A program made the position numbers and the translations under genes. Below are positions 1 to 13,245 of a DNA stretch of 64,000 nucleotides, one piece after another. The stretch's first letter is position 1; every line of letters starts with the position of its first letter. Origin of the DNA: Eledone cirrhosa (lineage: Eukaryota); contig OZ024743.1 of NCBI GenBank assembly GCA_964016885.1, positions 150,350,001 to 150,414,000 of the forward strand, in the 5' to 3' direction. The notes under the pieces are model-generated. The model worked only from the letters and a program-made list of their open reading frames with translations. It did no database searches and was not told where the DNA came from.

Positions 1-2149
1 ATCACACACACGCTAACCCATACACATACACACACATGCACACACACATACACACACTCACAAGGGGTACAAGCTATCACTATAATTGCTTAATTCTGTT
101 TTCTATTTACTAATACATCATATGTTTTCTGCTACTATCATCTCTCATCCAAGGATGACAAATGTCATCAGATAATCGATTTTCTTCATATATTAAGTAA
201 TTTCATATGTACACTACTCTTTTTGGAATTAAAAAAGTTATTGAGTAGTCTCAGGTAAATTTAATTCAAACACAAACAAAATTAGATGAATGATTGGAAA
301 TTTCAATCTGATTTTCTGTTCTTTATATTTAATCTTTATATTTTGAGATTGAATGAGGTATGGTTTTTTAATGCATACCCAACGTTCCCGTTACCAATTG
401 TTAAAGCTTCATCCCTTCTGGGCCCTCTTTTGGGTCTCAGAATATGCAATCTTTGAGTATCCATCCTGACCCTCCCACAACAGGTTGCAGGCTCTGTGCC
501 AGTTTTTACGACATTGTAGGGAAACTGCAATATATTTTTTAAACAAGCCCCTCTACCTAGGGCCTAAATGTAATCCTTGTTACCCCACGTGATGGGCAAT
601 GGAGCATGATTGTTTTTCTTGCATCTGACCATACTGCAGTTTTCTGTGATCATACTCAACCAGTCGCCAGTTTGGTGACTAGGCTGTTGTATGTTGCCTC
701 ATTGTAACTGTATCATTGGATTGTGAGAGTTTTTTTTAAGTTAACAGTGTCCCCCATGGCTCTATCTCTCCTTGTAGCTGTTTAGTCAGAAGTTGCCCAC
801 TTATATCAGCACTAAATATCATATCTGGTGGCTGTATGGCTATCTGACACCTGCAATCTATTCTCTAGTAGAACAGCTTTATAATATTACAATTTAATGG
901 CTGTGCTATTGTACATTTGTTTAAAATTAGTGAATAACAACACATATATAAAATGTTTATAAATATCTATTGAAATTAGGATTGTGTCTGTAATAGGCTT
1001 TTTCTTTATCTTTATTATTTCTGTCTAAAATATTTCTATTTACATGTTAGTTGTTGTTTAGCCACAAATCAGACCTGATCAGGCAGACCTATGTTCAAAT
1101 ATCTTCTAGCCTGGATCATGCCAATTTTTTTTAATGTAGGAACTACATGTTCAATGTATCCTTCATCTTTTAAAATGGTAAGATGTGGTTATGTGTGTGT
1201 GTTGATGTTATTTATAATATATCAAGTAGCTCTGTTGAGATTACCTCATTAGCCCAATAAACACAATGGTTGAGTGGGTAAGTCAAGTCCTATTTAGTGC
1301 ATAGAAAGCTGACTGTGAGAAATATTTTTAAACTCTTGCATGAAGTATCTAATCAAGGTTGCCGTTTCTAACTGTTGCAAGCCAGGAAGAGTTTAATAGA
1401 AAAGAATAAGGAAAAAGTAAATCTCAAAATAAAATTCAATCAGATTTTCTCAAAATCAAAACAATGTATAAAATACATAAACATCCTAATATAAAAGTAT
1501 ATGAATATCAAAGTTCAAAGGAAAACTGGTTTTGTTTCTGATCATTTATATAATAGATTTTAAACAGGGTTGTGAAAGAGCAGACCATTGTTGCTTGAAA
1601 TCAGAATGTAAGCAGTGTGAACGTATCATTTTAGATAGGAAATACCTCTGAGAAGGAAGTATTAATATTGTAAACACTGCAGTATATAAAGCTAAATAAA
1701 CCTAACAAAGTTTTTTTAGTAGGTGAATGGGAAGATAAATGCTAACTATTCAAGAAATCTGTTGTGAAAGGATAAAAGGCAAAAGCCCAAGAAATAGTAG
1801 AGTTTATGGGTATGTTTATTGCCAGAAAATACTCATCGGAGAATCACAGCTGGTTGTTTAAATACAAGGGGGTGGTTCTAAAGAGCATTGACCATGCATA
1901 ATCTTTATAAATTAGAAGGATCACCCCCACCCATTTTACTTTTGAATATTTCATGGTTTAGTAGCTAGGTTGAAAGTAATTTTTTTTAATAATATAACTC
2001 AAGCAAGTTTTCTGTGGCTATTTAATGAACGAAGTACAAAGAGACAAGGCATAAGAAAATATATACAAAATTAGGAATTGTTCAGTCATAAAAGTTTATC
2101 TTTAAAAACCTTAAATATATATTCATTTATCAAGAAGTTCTTTGAGCTC

Positions 2150-3050
2150 TTAGGCAATATCTTTAATAATTTTATTGGCATTTAAAGTTTTTCTATAGGT
2201 ATTTAATAAATTTAATCTACTCAACCTAGCTGACTTAATGTATTCGTTAAATGTGTTTTTAATCTTTTCAATGCACTGAAACATCTTTCTGCAAAATGTG
2301 CAGTAACAGGCAATATAATTAAAATGCATATCAACATGAAAACTGCAGCAGACAGATGTTATATAACAAATGTTATATGCAGGTAGATCTTATTTGCCTT
2401 TATCACTCAATTTGGAAAGTTTTCTCAAGCACACAATAATTTCAAAAGGTAATTCAGTGGCTGTAATTTAGATATGAAAACAGCTACAAAGTTATATCAT
2501 TCCTTTTTCTTTCTTATTTATTTTGTTTTGGCCACTGTGAATTGAAAAATGGATTCTGCAAATTGCTTATAAATTTTAACAAAAGGGAAATTGCAACACA
2601 CTGAACCCTCTGGAATTTCTTTTTTTAATTTCTGGAACAAAAAGACAAGAACATGTAAATACAATTCTTCTAGGATATGTATTATGCCATAACATATTTC
2701 CAAGATACCACATCAAATACTGCTATTTTAGAGGGAGGGTAATTAATAATCTTTCAGGTAATTAGGTAATTAACATAGTCTTAAAGTAATTTTACAAGTA
2801 AAACAATTATCAATTGATTTTAGGAGTGATACAATTTTTTTTGTTCGCATTTACTGTAATAATTAATTTTTCTATTAGATATTATAAACACAAATTTGAG
2901 AGAGAAAAGTGCAGTAGGCAGATTGACAGGATCGAAACTACATATCTATTGCTAGCAACTGACAGACATTTTCTTTTTGGGCCAAGCTCTCATAGACTTC
3001 TTTGAGTTTCACATAATAAGGAAAATCAGAGTGGAGAAGGAAGTGTTGCT
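2150..3050 (-). mobile_element. Degenerate hAT-superfamily transposase fragment (C-terminal dimerisation domain)
   Basis: Minus-strand translation near 2230-2350 reads ILIILPVTAHFAERCFSALKRLKTHLTNTLSQ, matching the hAT dimerisation motif (PVT..AERSFS.LKRLKT); remainder broken by stops. Confidence 0.6.
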
Positions 3051-3289
3051 TCCTATCTAATTTGTTGAAAAGTAGACAAGAGTGACAAACATGGCCTAAG
3101 TGAACAGGTCTACTCTGAGTATTAGAGGATACAACTAAGAGAAGGCACTTGTGTTAGTGGTTAGGGTAACTAGGGGTGGATTTAACTAGGAGAAGGCACT
3201 TGTTTTAATGGTCAGGGTAATTGTGGCTTTTGACCATTGAAAGTCTTTCCCCTCCTATAACTACTGGAATAGTTTGTGTTCTAAAGTGC

Positions 3290-5300
3290 CACATTCTGTT
3301 TATCTGAATTTTCTTTGCTTTTTATACTCTTTTGCTGACACATTTCTATCAGACAGTACAGTCATGTCAAGGAGTAAGCAGGTCTTGTTTCTAAAATTTT
3401 TATTAATAATATCAGGGAAGTTTGTATTAATAGTACTATCTATGTGAAGTCCAAACGATTCTTACTCCTTCAGTTTCAGTGATCAGTTGGGATTTGTGTT
3501 CATAGGTTTCTGTATGTTCTGCATTTTATTGTTTGCATATTATCCAATGGATTTATTGCCTCATCCTATCATGTCTAATCTTAGATTCAGTTGGTGCTAA
3601 TATAGGGCATCCTGCTATTATATGGTCAAATACCTTCAAACTGTATGTCACATATCCTGCATTTGGGGTTTGCTCTATTTCTGAGAATATTTGCCTGGTA
3701 ATTCCTAATAAAGCGGCTCTAACCCTGGGTAACAGAAAGAAAGACTTCTGATTCAGCCTTTAATCCCAAACTTTATAGCCACTGATGGGTTTGGGCTTGA
3801 TCTACCTCAGTATCTTGGGTGCAAAGAGGGAATCAGCCACACAGAGGGTTTTGTTTTCTCTAAATGTTTTAGACCTTCTAACTTTGACTTTCTTCAGTGG
3901 ATTTTTGCTGCTTTAGTTGGAATTAGGTCAGCTTCATTATTTAGGTATATGTCTTCAGTTTTTAATTTTTTCCTGCCTCTTTGAATGGAGTTTCTTTGTT
4001 TTTTTGTGTTCTCTTACTAACACCATCATACAATCATTGGTGCTCTCTAGGTATATTTGTAAGCCTATTGTAATTATTTTGTATGATAGTTCCAGTCGGA
4101 TTAGCCTTGTTTCTTCTTCTTGTCTTGGCGAATATAGGCAATCTATGTTTCCCTTGGGGTGATGTATTTTGTTGACTGTAAGGAATATTCAAGTTTTGGA
4201 GTCCATTCTCTGAAGATCAGATGAGTTGCAATTGATGATGTTATAACTGTATCATACCACCAGTACAGCTAAGGTATTTATAGCCTGGAAACGGTTTTTA
4301 GAATCTAGTTCAGTTTTTAGGATCAGCCTTACTATTCTGTAATATTCTTTCTGCCTTTTCTCCTTCATTTGATTATGTTTAATTCCACCACCTTGGTTTA
4401 TGCCAAGATATTTATAGATGCCTTATGGGTCTAACTCCTGTATAGTTGTATCTATATCGAGTTTAACTGATGATGTTGTTAGCTTACTTCTTTTAAACAT
4501 TTCTTTGGTCCATTTGTTAATGCCAAATTCTATCACAAGTGTTAAAAGTCCTTCATTGCAGCATTGGAAATTTTGGTCTTATGAATATTCTTTTTGTTGT
4601 TCTGAAACTTAGGTAGTTTGTCTCTACCTTTCATTATGGTGCATAAGGCTTTACGTAATTTTCTGACAATGTTTTCTTTAGTTTCTGCAATGTCACAATC
4701 CTGTTATCATTTTCACTATCCTCAGCAGCTGTTTCCCTAAGTTGTTCTTCACCAATATTTCTATTCTGTCCAATTTCGTCAATCTTCTTGTTGACTTCTT
4801 CTGATATGTTATTAATTGTTACTGTTAGTGTTTTGATGTTGTTAGTCTGTATTGGTATTTCTGGCTCTTTGTTATTAGTTATTACATTGTAACTCTTATC
4901 TGTTCTACTTCAATCAATGTCAATTTGTATTGTTTTACAATATATCTTTGTGTGTTAACTATTTTATTGACATCTATGTACAGACGATAGTTTTTGCCAA
5001 CCAGTTTCCTCCATTCAGTGTATGTTTGTTTTATAACATTTGATTGGAGGTTGTTTAATGCAGTATAGAATGCTGTGATAACCTGTTTATATTTCTCCCT
5101 AGTCCATTTTTGTTTTCTTTTCTTATTTTGAGTGTTGTTCATTAGTCTTTGTTCTACTGGCCCTAGGTTGTAGATTTCCTGGTTCTGGAGACCTGCTGAA
5201 CTGTTAGTTGGAGAGGTTGCTCCAGTTGCCAACTTTTGATCCCAGCCTGTTGCATCACTAGGAGATGCATCCCTTGGAAACCTGCATGTTGGATGATGTG
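3290..5300 (-). mobile_element. R4/Dong-type RLE non-LTR retrotransposon remnant, RT core internally deleted
   Basis: N-terminal KWTREKYKQVITAFY..EWRK (ORF 4882-5232); late RT/thumb IEFGINK..YKYLGIN..ELDSKNRFQAINTLAV..HHPKGNIDCLYSPR; RLE-like PDIINKNFRNKTCLLLDMTV near 3360-3420; RT domains 1-5 not seen. Confidence 0.75.
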
Positions 5301-5479
5301 GTATAATTTAGGGGGTTTAAATCTTTTGCCCTTATAAATTCCATTTTATCTTTACTATCAATGGGGTATATAGTCTTGTACCACACTAGACAGGTTTGCT
5401 TAAAGAATCTTAGAGAAGCCTGTCTACTCTCATTGAGGTGGGTTTACCTACACTGGCTACCATCTCAGTATTTCAAAAC

Positions 5480-6250
5480 CTGTCAGTGACCAAACAATTT
5501 ATTATTCCGCTGGAGATCATAGAAAGTGTCAGCTCTCCACAACCACAGGATTTTCCAGTTCTCATTCTTGATAACTCCCAGGGTTTGGGCATATCACGTT
5601 TTTGATTTTTCAAGGGGGTAGTTTCTACAAAGCTCCCAATAAGTCATTCTTGCCACATTGTCATGTCACCTTTTGTATTCACATGTGCCAGTATTAGACA
5701 CTCAATAACGATGTGCCAGACTGTTTCACCATTCTCAACACACATTCAGCATTTATCACTCTCAGTTGTTTTATTAATTCTGCTCTTCATAGAATTTGTC
5801 TTTAATGCTTGTTCTTGAGCCATGCAAATAAGTGCTTCTGTTTCTATCTTCAAGTCACTGTTCCACATCCATAATCATCAGCCTTCTGCATCTGTTTTGT
5901 GTTCACATCCCTTGCAAACAGTCCATACATTTTTTCCCTTGTCATATCATTTCATTTTCCATACATTTTTCTCTTTAAATTTTTCTTTCCCAACACAATT
6001 GTCTATTTTTATGGTACCAGAAATCTTCACGTGCATCAACAATGGTTGCCCAGCAATTTTTACATGCCACCCTGAACTGTTTTCCTCTTATTCAACACAA
6101 TACTAATAACTGATTAAACCTCTCTCACTCTTTTTTTTGCTTGGAATTTATTCCTTCCATTCAATTTTGAGTGCAACACCAATCGTAATCTTTGAAAATA
6201 CTTTTTCTTCAGCTGCTCTGTCATTTCCTTCTCCATAATTTCATTGAACT
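5480..6250 (-). mobile_element. R4/Dong 3' fragment (CCHC knuckle region)
   Basis: IETEALICMAQEQALKTN..DKC*MC..GETVWHIVIEC on the minus strand. Confidence 0.75.
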
Positions 6251-6329
6251 CCATATGCCAAAGTACTTATAGCCTTCATTTTCAATTCATTTCATTAATT
6301 CCCCATTTCATAATTCTATCTCTTGCTAG

Positions 6330-6855
6330 TCATGTTACAAGACGAGGGTGGAGTAAAAAAGTGAACATGGAGTATTATTATCGGAGCATTCCTATAGATG
6401 CAAATGGTGTACCAGTCAGAAGATACAGACAACAAATGCACAGAAAATGGAAAAAAGATGGAACTGTTTGAAATTACAGAACAGAGATTATGAGATTAAG
6501 TAAAAGCTATGCGAAAGAATGAGTGGTTGTCAGAGTTAGAGTTAGGAGTTATCAAATGAAGGATATCTAAGAATGTTGAACAAAATGCTGTACAAATGAG
6601 AAATAAAAGTGGCATAATGGAAGACATGGACAATTGTTTTACAAGAATATGCTAACATGAGTGATGGCAGAATCGAGACCAGGGATCAATTAAACAAAGA
6701 AGATCAAATGATAATGAACAGGATTTTAGAATTAAATGTCAAAGAGACGTGTGTGATTTCAAGAAGGCTGATCAATGGAGACTAAATCAAGAAACAAGTA
6801 AAGTCAATAATGTATTGAAGCACATTGAAACAAAGAAAATCTCACAAACAAATAA
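6330..6855 (+). mobile_element. R4/Dong N-terminal fragment, inverted relative to 5480-6250
   Basis: MEYYYRSIP..YRQQMHRKW..EITEQRL*D*VKAMRKNEWLSELEL, typical of the R4/Dong N-terminal domain. Confidence 0.65.
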
Positions 6856-6867
6856 TTATTATTATTA

Positions 6868-7240
6868 TTGGAAGCACTTGGAAAAGAAGGTGAGGGAAGT
6901 GTTACTCCCTCCCCCCTCCCCCAGTACATTTGTGAAAAGGTGGGTGGTTGTTGTGAGGATGGCTCAGATGAATGGGCCTACTCTGACCATGCGCCTGTAG
7001 ACTGGAAAGATTAAAGGAGAGAGGAGCAACATCCTAGGGTGCTCTTGAGATGAGGGTAGTTTAAGATTTGTGGGTATCCTAACGTCACTCCTTGGCGGTA
7101 TCTCCCTATTGGGGAATTCTGTTTATTTTTGTTTTGTTATTTGTTTTTGTTATAATTTTTTACACTGTTTTATATAAACCCCCAATGTCCTCATCTTTAT
7201 GTCCACTATGTTTGGCCCTTGTGGCCAATAATAAAGAAAT
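6868..7240 (+). mobile_element. 3' end of a LINE (L1/Tx1-like)
   Basis: ORF end LEKKVREVL..FVKRWVVVVRMAQMNG..MRL*, T-rich 3'UTR, ending GCCCTTGTGGCCAATAATAAAGAAAT. Confidence 0.45.
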
Positions 7241-7587
7241 CACTATTATTGTTTGTGTTTTCCTCTTCCTTCAGTTTTGTTTCCTTTTCTTGCTGAGTTT
7301 CTTGCCAAAACCCAGGGTAGAGAGATTCACTGCATACTCTGATAAGCTACATTTTACACAATTACAAGTATATCTTTTGCTTTATACATATGCACATTAT
7401 CTGTTTAAAATCATATTTACAATAGAAGGATATTCAATCATACATGGATGCTCAATTATCAATGACTTACATAATTATGGAATATAATTTAACGAAGTTA
7501 TGGAAAAAAGGATATAGATGATTATCTTTCTCACAATTATAATGTTCTTCTCAATGCATGTGACGTACTAATTAAAACAATTTTTTC

Positions 7588-7853
7588 CAGTGATGGTGAT
7601 CCAGATCAGTGATGGTGATCCAGATCAGTGATGGTGATCCGGATCAGTGATGGTGATCTGGATCAGTGATGGTGATCTGGATCAGTGATGGTGATCCAGA
7701 TCAGTGATGGTGATCTGGATCAGTGATGGTGATCCAGATCAGTGATGGTGATCTGGATCAGTGATGGTGATCCAGATCAGTGATGGTGATCCAGATCAGT
7801 GATGGTGATCTGGATCAGTGATGGTGATCCGGTTCAGTGATGGTGATCCAGAT
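7588..7853. repeat. Minisatellite, 14 x 19 bp (CAGTGATGGTGATCYRGAT)
   Basis: Directly visible; 266 bp = 14 units. Confidence 0.97.
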
Positions 7854-7949
7854 CATTCTAAAATTAATTTTCTATTTTTTTTTAATCCTTCCTAGTGCTC
7901 CTACAATCACTGGTATTGTAATGACTTTCAGATGCCACATTTTTTTCAA

Positions 7950-8235
7950 TTTAGCCCTCCTACCAGGGCCTTACTCTTGTTCAACGTAGCAGCTACAGGC
8001 TGGAAGAGGCCCTGCAACAGATGGCTGGAAGAGGCCCAAACCAGATGGCTGGATGTCATCAAGGAAGATCTCCAGAGGCTCAACGTCACCTTGGAGGATG
8101 CAGAGAGACAAGCACAGGACCAGCAGCAATGAAGGGTACGAGTGGACCTGGTCAACTCTACACATGATGATGCCTCTGGGATTACTCACCTAGGATAATC
8201 ACAGTCTCATCAAGCAAGAGCAAGAAGAAGAAGAA
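7950..8235 (+). mobile_element. RTE LINE 3' end fragment
   Basis: GWKRP..TRWLDVIKEDLQRLNVTLEDAERQAQD, followed by a CAAG/GAA repeat tail. Confidence 0.7.
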
Positions 8236-8595
8236 TACACCCAATAGGTCCACCTCAAATGCATCATTTTAAAGTACAAATATGTTAAATTCATCAACTG
8301 TTAAAAGTCTAGCCTTAAGAACACATGATTTGAGATTATTAAAATCTCATTATTGTGATTCTGTTAGAATGTAATGAGCAAGTGATGACATTGGTTGTAC
8401 TTTATTTGGATAAGGTGGAATTCATCAGGAATTTCAAGAGAATATTCCAAGGAACCTTTGAATTTGTTTTATTATTAGGATGGAGATAATTACTTTATGC
8501 ATCCAGCTTATCTGGATCTGGCCTTAGAATTTCACAAGGCATTTTATATTCCAAGAGCTTGATACCTTACATGTTATCATTATTATTTAAAGGAA

Positions 8596-8790
8596 GGACG
8601 GTGGATTGGCAGTATCGGTAGAGGGTTGGACGCCATGCTTTGCAGCAAAGAGTTACAGCCCTTTATGGTCTGAATTCAAATCTCACTGAGGTTAACTTTG
8701 CCTTTCATCCTTATGGGGTCGATAAAATAAAGTACAAGTAATACACTGGGATAATTGCTGGCCTTGTGCCAAAAGTAGAAACAATTATTA
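8596..8790 (+). mobile_element. tRNA-derived SINE, octopus OK/OR-like family A
   Basis: A-box-like TGGCAGTATCGG, B-box-like GAATTCAAATC, central CTTTGCCTTTCATCCTTATGGGGTCGATAAAAT, tail GGCCTTGTGCCAAAAGTAGAAACAATTATT; at least 8 copies in the window. Confidence 0.85.
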
Positions 8791-9467
8791 TTTAAAGCAA
8801 GTTCATAGTCTTTAATAGTTTTATTATACTTTTACCTAGATTATAATTATGCTCCTTTATTATAGCCCCACATAAAATAACATCACAATATTCTAATGTT
8901 GCATTTAGTAGATTAACAATAATTATGTTACCAATTATTCTTTCAAAAGGAGCTACTGGTCATAATTATCCATCTTTTCAATAAATGATTTTTTTTTTTT
9001 AAAATATATTGTGTTTTTTCAGAATAGAATAAACTAAGCATAGTAATAATAGTACAATTTTAATTAAAACCCTTCAAATTTGAGAGGGCCTATAAACCAC
9101 AATTTGAGTGTTTAAATATAGAATTATATTTAATATGTACGCTTTTGTGAACAGACACCAACCTTTGTCTTAGCAATATATATGTACACAATGATCATCA
9201 ATTTCGAAAAATTGCAAAGATTGTTATTATGAATAACATTGCCAATTACTTTCTTGTGCATTGAAGAGGCCATAGTAAATATAGAATATGTATATTCAAT
9301 AGGCAATTATATATTAACAGTAAAAGAGGTAAAAATGAAGTTTTACTTACAGAATCAAAGTGTTAATAAAAGATATCAAACATGGCATGTTAAACTAATG
9401 GGAAATGAGACTATATTCGAAATGCACACTTTCAAAATAAAGACCAACATTATGAAGTACATTAATA

Positions 9468-9621
9468 TAATTGTTTCTACTTTAGGCACAAGGCCAGCAA
9501 TTACCCAGTGCATTACTGGTACTTTATTTATCAACCCCATAAGGATGAAAGGCAAAGTCAACCTCAGCGGGATTTGAACTCAGACCGTAAAGGGACGTAA
9601 CTATGCTGGAAAGCATGGCGT
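9468..9621 (-). mobile_element. SINE family A copy (5'-truncated)
   Basis: Reverse complement of the 8596-8790 family. Confidence 0.85.
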
Positions 9622-9649
9622 ACATTAATATAATAAACACCACACATGC

Positions 9650-9650
9650 A

Positions 9651-9711
<61 letters not shown>

Positions 9712-9746
9712 ACACATATATATGTATATATATATATATATATATA
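9650..9746. repeat. (CA)n(TA)n compound microsatellite
   Basis: Directly visible. Confidence 0.95.
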
Positions 9747-11032
9747 CAGGATGTTCGGGTGAAATTTGACAGTTGTTTTTTTAAGGTAAAAAATTGAAAA
9801 TCTCAGCCAAAACTAAATTTAGTGGAAAAATGGCATAAAGATTAAAGCAATCAAAATAGAAAATTAATGAAAGAAGTTATCCTCAGCATCCACCATAGCC
9901 TGAATCCGGCTTTGGAATCTGGCACTTGTAGCCTTCATGATGTCCCTAGGGAGAGCCTTAAACGCCTCCTTAATCCTGTTGATCAGCTGGGTATTGTTGT
10001 TACAAGCAGTGCAGATGGTGTCTTTCTCAACTGTGCCCTTCATATAATAATCCATAGAATTGCAATGAAGGGAGTTGGGGGGGGGGGAGCTGGTGAAGTC
10101 GTAAAAATTCTCTGACAACGATATCTGTATCAACACAGGGGTGTAACAGGGAGCTGAAACTTGCTGCCACACATATACTTTTCCAGAAGCCACCCTCTCC
10201 AACCAAGGCTTAACCACGTTAATCAGCAACTCCACATAGCCAGCTGAATTGAGCCTGAGAACCTGTTCAAAGATGTGAGGTTTATGCCATCACCCTCACT
10301 GGAGACTTATCCAAAATCTATTACAGTTTGGGGAAACTTGGTCTTCATGACACAAGGAACATCATACGGATTGTAGGAAAGCCATCTGTTGTTCTGGGTG
10401 TTGTGCACCTGGTCCTGACAAAAATTATTTTCATCAGAGAAGATCCAGATTGTCCCTACTTCAACAGGATGTTTCTTGAGGAGTTTCTTTGCTTTGTCAG
10501 ACGGTTTTCTCGAGCCTTTTCTGTTAGGAGTTGGCCTTTACACCTCTTGTATGAGTGGTAGCAAAAGAGCTCGTTCAATGCCAGCTTCATGGTAGAAGGC
10601 ACAACACCCATTTCTCATGCTAAAGCTTGAATTCTCTTGCCTGGGTGTTCCATCACTTTCTCCTGTGCTTGTTGGTTACATTCTGATATACAGAGCCAAT
10701 TAGAACATCTACTGTGTTCTTTCCTACAAGGCACGGCTTTGTAGTCTCCATTGCAGCTCTTCATTTGTCATCTTATTGCCTTCAGAGTATTCAAAGAGCA
10801 TTGAGCAGCTGTCATAATTGTGGAATTTTGATGCCCAGCATGAATCATCATGATCCAGCTTACCCTTTTCCAATATTTAGGTGGTTTCAACATGACCATT
10901 TCAGTTAGTTTGGACATCTTTAAAGCTGTAGTGATTAAGTTTCACAAGGTCATTCAATTTTCATAGATACAAGGGTATATTGGGGAAAAAATTTAAGTAT
11001 TAGACTCTATCAAATTTATCCCGTATACTCTG
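9747..11032 (-). mobile_element. Tc1/mariner-superfamily transposon, maT (DD37D)-like, decayed
   Basis: Imperfect TIRs CAGGATGTTCGGGTGAAATTTGA / CAGAGTATACGGGATAAATTTGA, both flanked by TA; transposase motifs FSDENNFCQDQVHNTQNNRWL, VVKPWL..VWQQVSAPC, PPNSLHCNSMDYY; frameshifted. Confidence 0.85.
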
Positions 11033-12291
11033 TATATATATATATATATATACATACATCACTACCAACCTCACCTACTAACCCACTAGGTTACACAATA
11101 GAACTACAATACTCTCACAAATACTATTATTGGGAGGGACAGTAGTGCACGCATCACCACCTGGGTTTTTAAATAGTACAGAGAGCAAAAATGGTAACAT
11201 AATAGCATCACAACCAAACTCCATTTACATCCTAAACAATCCATATGAGCACATGTACATCCCAAAGCCAAGTACAAAAACATTTCCATAGACCTCATCT
11301 TCTGCTCCAAAACCCGAGCTACCACAAGCATTTGGCAAACAATTCTTTAACTTTTCTCAGACCACCTAACAATTATTATCACAACAAGCTCATAGATCAT
11401 TGAAGAAAGCAAAAATATTATTACAAACTTAAAAAGAAATTAACAAAGGAATTAATATTATCAAGAAAGAGATAAATATTCTTAGAATTCAACAACACCA
11501 TAATCACCAATATTGACCTAGCAGTTTTTTGCATTTAACAAAATAATTATAGCTGCATCTAAGAAACTTAAAATATACGTCCTTAATTATAGAGCAGAAA
11601 CTGCCAACTTCATAAAAATCAGAAACAACTCAAACATAATACAGTAACACTACATACAGCGAAATTACAGAAAATCAGAAAACTGTCAAATATTTGTATG
11701 CAGCTTAAACATAAAAATTAAAGGTAAAATACCATAGAGTAATAGGCATCTAAAGCACCAAAGTCCCTGTCACAATAACAACCTCAAATAATATACTCAC
11801 CCAGAAACAGGGTGCAAATACCCTTATCAAACATTTCTTGAACATTATCCAGAAGGGCCATACAAAGAATACAGAAATACACCAGAAATTATATACATTC
11901 CACCTTGACTACAATTTTGATCTTTCCCTTCCAACAAATACCATGTAAAATGTATTATGGAAATCTATAAACTCAAGAGCCTCTAAACCAATCAAAATCA
12001 TAAACATAAACATACAGGGGTGCTGAAGGAACCACTACACCCACCAACATCTACAGCTACTCATAACAACAATGTCAAATTCCCAGAATCTAGAAGCTAA
12101 GTAAATTATAATATATCTAAAGTCTGGAAAAAACCCAAATTGAAATAATATCCTACAAACAGTTTCTTCAATGCATACCTGCAAAAATTCCTGAACAGTT
12201 TATCTTCATAACTCCCTCTCCAAATTACAACAAGGATTCCACATAAAAATCCACATATAAAATTCTCACTATGACTCCATTCCTTGCTATC

Positions 12292-12490
12292 CACTCTTCT
12301 TTGCCCATTTATTCCTGTGAGAGTTGTTGGGGAAGAATCTTCAAAAAAACCTCCTGAGGATCATATCAGAAGCAACTGTTTCCAATTGATCTGGCTGAAT
12401 CGTTTAGTGAGACCAACCAAATTTATGGCTGTTATCCAGCCATCTTGCTTATGGTTTACCCCTGGCTCTCCTACCAGTTGGCTTTGTCCA
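12292..12490 (-). mobile_element. RTE 3' end fragment
   Basis: KPTGRRARGKP*ARWLDNSHKFGWSH; homologous to 12795-13245 and 30412-30582. Confidence 0.7.
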
Positions 12491-12794
12491 TAAAGTCTGT
12501 CTTTTCTTAAATATTCTAACCACTTGTTAAAGAAAATAATCAACACCACATTAAAAAACAGCAATGAAAATTGGTTAACAAACTAACTGTCTGGCCACCA
12601 AACTTATGTAATGTACAAGAACAACAGTTTCAGAACTTGAAATTTTCCAAATGAAGTACTACAGGGATCTGCTTTTCTCTCAACTTGTTCAACCTACACT
12701 TACACAACCTTCTCGCACATCTACAAAATTCATACATCTTCCGTCCATTTTGATTACACCACTGTAAACCTATTCCAACCCTAATTAGATGCCC

Positions 12795-13245
12795 TTCTCT
12801 TCTTCCTCTATGCCCACTTATTCCTGAGAGGGTCATGGGCGGTAGGGAGACCTCAAACACTCCTTCCATTGGGTCCTGTCAGAAACAGCCATTTCCAACT
12901 GATCAGGCTGGATCCCCAAGTGAGACCAGCCAAGATCATGGATGTTATCCAACCATCTTGCACAGGGTCTAGCCCTGGTTCTCCTGCTGGTTGGTTTTGC
13001 CTGTAAAATCTGTCCAGTGATTCTTTCCTGAGACATTCTAACCCCATTCCCATAGTATCAGAGCTGTGGTCTCTCAATTTAGTGAAGTAGCTGCTCTACC
13101 TGAAGTAAATCTCTGATCTCCAAGCTATGCATTCTATTGAGTAACATTACTCTAAAGACCCTTTGAAGAAACCCCATTTTGGTTGCTTGTATTCACGATT
13201 GTATTCTTTCAGTCATTACCCAAGATTCATGACCATAGGTAATTA
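12795..13245 (-). mobile_element. RTE 3' end fragment
   Basis: ORF 12833-13036 AKPTSRRTRARPCARWLDNIHDLGWSHLG..DRTQWK; upstream YGHESWV motif. Confidence 0.8.

Noticed and set aside
1500-1950. Hydrophobic minus-strand frame or faint RT-like plus frame
   Set aside because: Multiple stops and no recognisable motif on either strand
7588-7853. Regular repeat array resembling CRISPR
   Set aside because: Units are contiguous with no unique spacers, there are no cas genes, and the context is eukaryotic
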